64,000 nucleotides of DNA from Rhizaria sp. SCN 62-66 (Eukaryota): NCBI GenBank assembly GCA_001724265.1, contig MEDY01000050.1:1-64000 (forward strand), read 5' to 3'. Shown piece by piece: positions 58,201 to 64,000 of this stretch (its first letter is position 1; each line of letters starts with the position of its first letter). The notes under the pieces are model-generated. The model was not told the DNA's origin and ran no database searches. It was given only the letters and a program-made list of their open reading frames with translations. The translations under genes and the position numbers were made by a program.

Positions 58201-61019
58201 GTGGCGCCGCTGGCGACACTCGCGCGCTCACGGTCACCCGCGCGGTGCTCACGGTCACCCGTGCGCTCACGGTCACGGTCACTGCGGCGCTCACGGTCAC
58301 CCGTGCGTTCACGGTCACCCGTGCGCTCACGGTCACCCCGCGGCTCACGGTCACCACCGCGCTCACGGTCGCGGTCGCTGCGGTGCTCACGGTCCTTGCG
58401 GTGCTCACGGTCACCGCGCTCACGGTCGCTGCGGCCACTCTTGCGAGCAGAACTGCCACCGGCAGCGCTCGCGGCAGCGGCAGAGTCAGCGGCAGAGGCC
58501 TGGAGGGGCTTCGTGGGAGTACCAGACGCAGTCGCCTTGGTCTTGTCTCTGCTCTCGCCCTTGTCCCTGCTGCTTTTAACCTTCTCTTTGTCAGCAGCGG
58601 CAGCCGTGCTCGTGTTGCGCCCGCGCCCGCCGTTGTCGCCTCGGCTGCTCTCGCCGCCGCCGTCGACGGGCGTGGCGCCCGCCGCCGCGCCCGTGGCGCC
58701 CGTGGCCGCGGTGGCGCTGGCCGTGAGCGGGTACGGCGACAACCCACCCCGGTCGTCGATGCCGTCGTGCTCGCCCACCGTCGTCGCCGCCGACGCGCCG
58801 GAGTCGAGCTGGTCCTTGCTCACCGGGGACGCCTCGGCGCCAGTGTTGCCGTCGGCGGGCACGCCCGTAGCCGTCGCAGGGACCGGGGTGCCGTTGCCGT
58901 TGCCGGCGCCGCAGGACTGGTGGCGGTTGCTTCTGCTGTTGTTCAGAGTACCAGTCGCGGTCGCAGTGCCAGTCGCGGTCCCGGTCGCCGTCACGGGGGT
59001 CCCCGGCTTGTTGGGGGTCTCCGCCGCCGCGGCGGCCGCCTTGGCCGCGACGGCAGCCTTGGCGGCCTCAGCGGCGGCGACCTCGGCGGCGGCGGCGATG
59101 ACGGCGGCCGTGAGCGCCGCGCCGCGCGCCGTGGGCTGCGCGTTGGGCGCCCGGATCGCGGCCACGCCGGCCGTCGGGTCGCCCTTCTCCTGAGCCTCGC
59201 GCCAGCGCTGTGTGGCCACGGCGGCCGTCAGGTCGTACCACTGCCCCGCGAGGTAGCGGTCAGGCGCGCGCACGAGCCCTGAGGCGACCATAATGGCAAC
59301 GTTGGACAGCAGCCGGCGCGCGTAGGCGAGCACGACGTTGTTCTCCTTGTGGACCTCGATGGCGGCACGGACGAGCGCAATAACAGAGCCGTAGATGATG
59401 GGCTTGGTGCCCTCTGGCGGGTGCACGATGGGGATCATGCCGGGCAGCGTCGTCGTCACCACCACGGGCGCCGGCGGCGCGGGCATCTTGTGCGGCGCGT
59501 CCGCGGCGGCCGCAACAGCAGAGTGGGGCTTCGCAGAGGCGTTGACCGCGTTGGCGGTGTTGTTGTTCGCATCGCCGTTGACGCTGTCGACGCCGCCGTC
59601 GTCACCGCCGCCGCCAGCAGCGCCGCCGTGGGCGTCGGCGTGCATGTCGCGGTCAATGCGCGCCGGATCCAGCAGCGACTTGTCCTTGAGGTACCGCTCG
59701 AAGGTCTCGGGCACGCCCCCCGGTGCGGCGGGCCGCTGCGGGTCCCCGGGCTCGCAGTCGAAGTTGTCCAGATACTCGCGCGCGATCTCTGCGTCCACAG
59801 CGGCCTGATCCGCTGGGTCCCAAAGCCCCAGCGCGGCGCCGAGGGTCTTGCCGGCCAGCTCGGCGGCCTCGGCGGCCACGGCCGCGGCGGTTGCGGCCGC
59901 CGACTCGACCGCCGCGGCGGCCTCGTCGTGCAGTCTCTGCTGCTGGGCGGGGCTGGCCTGCGCGTCGGATTGACTGTGCTTCGCGCTCTTGTTGCCACTG
60001 CCGCTGCCACTGCCGCTGCCACTGCCGCTGCCGTTGCCGTTGGAGGCGAGCGTGTCGTCGATGTGCGTGTTGAGCAGGCGGCGCGTGCCGTGGCCGGCAC
60101 TGTCGGCCGTGATGGCCATGATTGACGCCAGCGCGGGCGTCGCGACGGCGGCGCACAGCAGGTGCTTGGCCAGCGTCGAGGCCAAGGTATCGAACACGCC
60201 GCCCTGGCCCAGGGGACCGATGGCGAGCAGCACCTGGTAGCTGGACTTGACCAGCTCGTTAGTGGGCTACAGCACGGTCGAGAAGGTGATGACGTCGCTG
60301 AGCAGCGCGGGCACGCCGGCGTCGACGGCCGCCGCGCGGTCTGCGTCGTTGGTGACGAGGTAGCGTACCAGGTCGCAGGCGTGCGTGGCGATCGACGCGT
60401 GCTCCTTGCCCTTGCACGCGCGTAGCGTGTCGCAGCAGATCGCGAACACCGGCTTGTGGCGCGTGATGGACATGGCCTTGGGCTCGCCGCGCGCGCAGCG
60501 TGTGACCTGGGAGATGGCCCGCAGCACCCACTCGCGCGCCTGCAGCGTGTGCACCGTGGCAAAGGCCGCCGTGAGCAGCGGCACCACGTCGGTGATCATC
60601 GCCGCGCGGTTCTGCTCCGTGCCGCCGTGCGACACGTTGACGATCGTGGTGCAGTAATGCCGAAGCATGTCATCCGAGAGCGCAGACACGTTGCGCAGCT
60701 CCTGCGTCGCCGTGGCGACTGACTGCGTGAAGGCTGCGATGCGGCGCGCGCGGCGCGTGTCGTGGCCGCAGTACGCCATCGAGTCCGAGTGCAGCGACGA
60801 CGCGTCGCCTTGCTGGGTGCGCGTGATGGTGCGCAGAGGGCCGCCGAGCGGGGTCGAGTCGGGCTTGTAGTCGTCCCCCGCGCCGCCGCCGCGCGCGCCG
60901 CTGCCGCCGGCCGCGCCGTTCGCGCCGCGGGGGCGGGACTTGCCCCCGTTGCGCGCGCGCTGCTTGGTGTTGCCACCGGAGCTGCCCTTGCCGCCCGGAG
61001 TGCTGCCGCAAGCGCCCAT
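55228..61019 (-). CDS. N-acylated armadillo-like helical protein with long disordered C-terminus, ~1870 aa, with one in-frame TAG
   Basis: complement join(61019..55794,55614..55228). ORFs 60267..61019 and 55620..60233 share a frame and are separated only by TAG 60269..60267 (FSTVL*PTNELVKSSYQVLLAIG). MGACGS N-terminus. ARM-like helices include HACDLVRYLVTNDADRAAAVDAGVPALL. Intron GTACGC..CTGACTTAG. Ends TAA. Confidence 0.72.
58225..58430. repeat. Imperfect tandem repeat built on GCTCACGGTC(AC), encoding GDRER/DREHR mixed-charge repeats
   Basis: About 11 units of 15-24 bp, each containing (C/T)TCACGGTC; translated on the minus strand as SDRERGDREHRKDREHRSDRDRERGGDREPRGDRERTGDRERTGDRERRSDRDRERTGDREHRAGDRER. 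Confidence 0.85.
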
Positions 61020-62433
61020 GCTGTAGCTGTCGAGTCTGCTCTCTCGCTCTCTGTGGGCGCGCTCTGCTGACTGTGTTCTCTCTGGGGCTCGCTGGCGCTC
61101 TCGCTGTTCGCGCGCTAGTCGGGGTGCCGCGGGGGAAGAGTTACGCCGCGCTGCTGGGCTGCTGCTGAGCTGCTGCGGGGGGTGATGCTGGCACGCGGCG
61201 CCGAGTCAAAGGGGCCTCTCTCTAGGCTAAGTGGGCGCTTAAGGGGCGCGATGAGCTGGCGTGTGCGGGCCGGGGGCGGAGAGCGGCTGGGGGAACCGGA
61301 CGGCGCGCGCGGGAGAGGGGCCGAGGCTGCCTCGGAGCGTGCGGAGAAGCGGCGCTCGCGGACGAAGGCACGGGCGGGGGAAACAAGGCACACGGGATTC
61401 GGAGGTTGCTGGGCCGTGCGTCTGTCCGAGCCGCGCTTAACGGAGAGAATTCAGAGGATAAAAGAGGCATGACAGTGAGATACAGGGTTAAAGAACATTA
61501 AGTGATTACATGTAGCGGAAAAAAGGAGCAGCAGGTGCTAAGACTGCGGCTTGGGACGCATGCGGAAGGAGAGGTATCTGCTTTTCGCCGACCAGTGGAG
61601 CATGCATACGACTTCGTTTAGCACGCCACCTGAACGCGTAATTCGCATTGCAGATGAAATTACGGAAGGCAACTACATATATTGTGACAGAGGCTATCTA
61701 AATTCACCGTCAAAATTTCGCCGAACGACGCCAATGCCAAGAAATGCACGGCCTAACGAATTCAACTCCATACCATCGCTCGACGCTGTGTGCAGACACC
61801 CCTCATAGTAATCCTTTTACTCTCACTTGTGACTGACAGCCCAACTGCTCGCCAACCGACGACGTGTCGGCGATTCTTTGAGAGTGCAGTGGGCCTTTTT
61901 TTGTCCGATAACAAGAACATTGCCGACTGTTTTGCGCTTTTTGCTATGCAATTTATATGATCCTTATTTTGTTTTTCTTGTAGTGCTTAGCATTCTGTGC
62001 CGGCAACATCCGAACCGTGGCCCACTCGACGGTCAAGCTCGCAATGCGTTGGTCCTCTCTCTCACTCGGTCTGTCCCCTTTCTTCCCCGCTTTTTACTAA
62101 TGCCACTTATTTTTCGGACATCTCGAAGTTAGTTTACTTATCTCAGCGATTGGTTCACTGCTATCAAGCTTTTCCTGACGTCTATCGCGTCACCCCTCTC
62201 CTCCCAACGGGTGTCTCCGCGCAGCAACCGCCGCAGTCACTCGCCGCTGTTTCACGCTCAGGCCGCTGCCATAGCGATTGCAACACCTGCAGCGCGCTCT
62301 GCCTTTGCTTGGCACCTGCAGTCGTAGGGCCCTCGCGGCTACTCCTTGTTGTTTCGCGCGTCCAGCCCTACTACACTCTTGCGTCACGACATTCCATCAC
62401 AAGCTCGCGAACAGGCGTTTCTCTCACACAACA

Positions 62434-64000
62434 ATGACACTGCTGTCGTCATTGCGACAAATTCTGTCGGCTCCACTGCATTCACACTACACCAATATAT
62501 GTAAACACGCCACTACAATCCCTCACAACACAATCTCTAGCAACAGTACGGTTTCGTTGCGAGCCTCGCTCTCCAACGCACGCTCTCTGCTGCTGTTGCT
62601 CTGCATATTCGCGCTTGCCGCCTGTTGTCGCCACACTGCTGTGCACGCGGCGACCGAGATCCCGTGCTCAACGTACGCCGACCTGACATGCACCTTCACC
62701 GGCAACTTCACCGTCGACGGACTCACGACGCTGGTCATCCCCGAGAAAGCCACGCAGGTCACCCTCAAGGGCGCCGTGTTTGCGCCCGATCCGGCCGCGT
62801 TCTTCCTCTCAACAGCTCTGTATGGCGACTTTGATGGCGATGGTAACGGCGCAGCGACGTCGCCGCAGGTTCAGCTGACGACAACGACAGCGGCGCTCAA
62901 CGTCACCGAGTCCTCGCTGATCAAGGCCACGGTGGTGCTGCTCAAGGCCATGCGCATCACCGTCGACAAGACCTCCAAGATCGTTACCGACGGCCTCGCT
63001 GCCACCGACAAGGACTCTCTCTCCTCTCGTCTCGGTGGTGGTGGCGGTGAGGTTACGCGTGCCAAGAACGGCGGCGGCGGCGGCCACGGCGGCTACGGCG
63101 GCGTCGGCGCCTCCTCCGCCGCTTACACCCACTCTAAGGGCCAGGCTCGGAGTACTTACGTTTCCCCCGATGCTGACGCGGTGGCCGCTTCCGCGGCCTC
63201 GACCCCCGGCTCGCCCCTGGGCTCCATGCGCCGCCCGTCCGCGACCGGCGGCGGCACCGGCGCCTGCATGACCCCGGACAGCCGCCGCGCGCCCGCCGGC
63301 GGCGCCGTCACGCTGTGGACACTAGGCGGGCCGCTGCTGGTCGACGGTCAGGTCTCGGCCATGGGCGCCGTGGGCCCCGCCGTCGGCTGCGGCGGCGGCG
63401 CGGGCGGGACCGTGGTGCTGCGGGCCGGCCCCGAAACCGGCGAGTGCACGGGGATCGTCAACGGCGACGGGTCCGTGGCGGTCGACGGCGGGGCCGGCGT
63501 CGGCGGCGGCGGCGGCGGCAGCGGCGGCCGCGTCATCGTGTGCACCGGCAGCGAGATCTACTCGGTCAAGGTCTCCGCCAGCGGCGGCGAAACGTCCACC
63601 ACCGTGCCAGAGACTGCGACAGCGACTATGACGGAGACAGAGAATCAGAGTGTCAGCGCCAACGCCAGTGCAACAGCGAGTGCGACTGCGGCTGCGCTGA
63701 CTGAGAGCGGCTCGAACGCGGACGCGGAGGCCACCGTCTCCGAGAGCGGCGCTGCCGGCACGGTATTGTATGTGTTCCGTCTCACTGGCGTCAACACGCC
63801 GTATCTCTCGCTGTCAGTGCTTGGCGCACGCATGGGCGCGGTGACGGACATCTCCGACCTCATGCCGGTCAAAGTCAAGACTGCAATGAATAACAACAAG
63901 AATAAGAATAACAACGACATTCATGACGACGGTCGTCGCAGTTTGACTGCGGAGACGGATGACTTGGACGTGGCCATCGTCGACTCGGTGGCACTCAACA
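62434..64000 (+). CDS. Glycine-rich secreted/surface protein, 5' part (3'-partial)
   Basis: Open from ATG 62434 to the window end, so absent from the ORF track. Hydrophobic segment LLLLLCIFALAACC, then GGGGGHGGYGGVG, GGAVTL, GCGGGAGGTVVL and GGGGGGSGGRVIV motifs typical of large Gly-rich beta-solenoid surface proteins of plants and protists. Confidence 0.72.
   Translation, partial: MTLLSSLRQILSAPLHSHYTNICKHATTIPHNTISSNSTVSLRASLSNARSLLLLLCIFALAACCRHTAVHAATEIPCSTYADLTCTFTGNFTVDGLTTLVIPEKATQVTLKGAVFAPDPAAFFLSTALYGDFDGDGNGAATSPQVQLTTTTAALNVTESSLIKATVVLLKAMRITVDKTSKIVTDGLAATDKDSLSSRLGGGGGEVTRAKNGGGGGHGGYGGVGASSAAYTHSKGQARSTYVSPDADAVAASAASTPGSPLGSMRRPSATGGGTGACMTPDSRRAPAGGAVTLWTLGGPLLVDGQVSAMGAVGPAVGCGGGAGGTVVLRAGPETGECTGIVNGDGSVAVDGGAGVGGGGGGSGGRVIVCTGSEIYSVKVSASGGETSTTVPETATATMTETENQSVSANASATASATAAALTESGSNADAEATVSESGAAGTVLYVFRLTGVNTPYLSLSVLGARMGAVTDISDLMPVKVKTAMNNNKNKNNNDIHDDGRRSLTAETDDLDVAIVDSVALN

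Noticed and set aside
58225-58430. CRISPR-like repeat-spacer array
   Set aside because: Units are short, lack unique spacers, lie in frame inside a eukaryotic exon, and no cas genes are present.
60267-60275. Micro-intron GTGCTGTAG removing the TAG in the ARM-like gene
   Set aside because: Only 9 nt long; the other introns inferred here are at least 74 nt and much more AT-rich than this GC-rich site.

Overview
Gene-dense window from a eukaryote, apparently a protist (the lineage cannot be fixed from this sequence). Exons are GC-rich and introns and intergenic spacers are AT-rich. I read 16 protein-coding genes and one tRNA-Ala(AGC). The genes are: 3' end of RPS9, a WSC-domain type I membrane protein, NOL11-like, a large BTB/BACK protein, a NEK kinase, EMC10, ketopantoate reductase, a polyQ protein, UBE2O-like, formimidoylglutamase, a PhyH-like dioxygenase, COMMD2, a putative mitochondrial membrane protein, APRT, an acylated ARM-like protein and the 5' part of a glycine-rich surface protein. 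Main result: the nuclear genetic code looks non-standard. Six in-frame TAG codons sit inside three otherwise intact genes, one inside a WSC domain and one directly before it, while all 15 gene ends in the window are TAA (11) or TGA (4). This points to UAG being read as an amino acid, with Gln the best guess from context, and UAA/UGA remaining stops. Secondary signals: 5' splice sites are mostly GTACGT/GTRCG rather than GTAAGT; the 9-mer CACGGTCAC recurs through coding DNA in all five stop-free reading phases; and conserved proteins are enlarged by low-complexity insertions. Gene models were built by eye and family calls rest on recalled motifs, not database searches.
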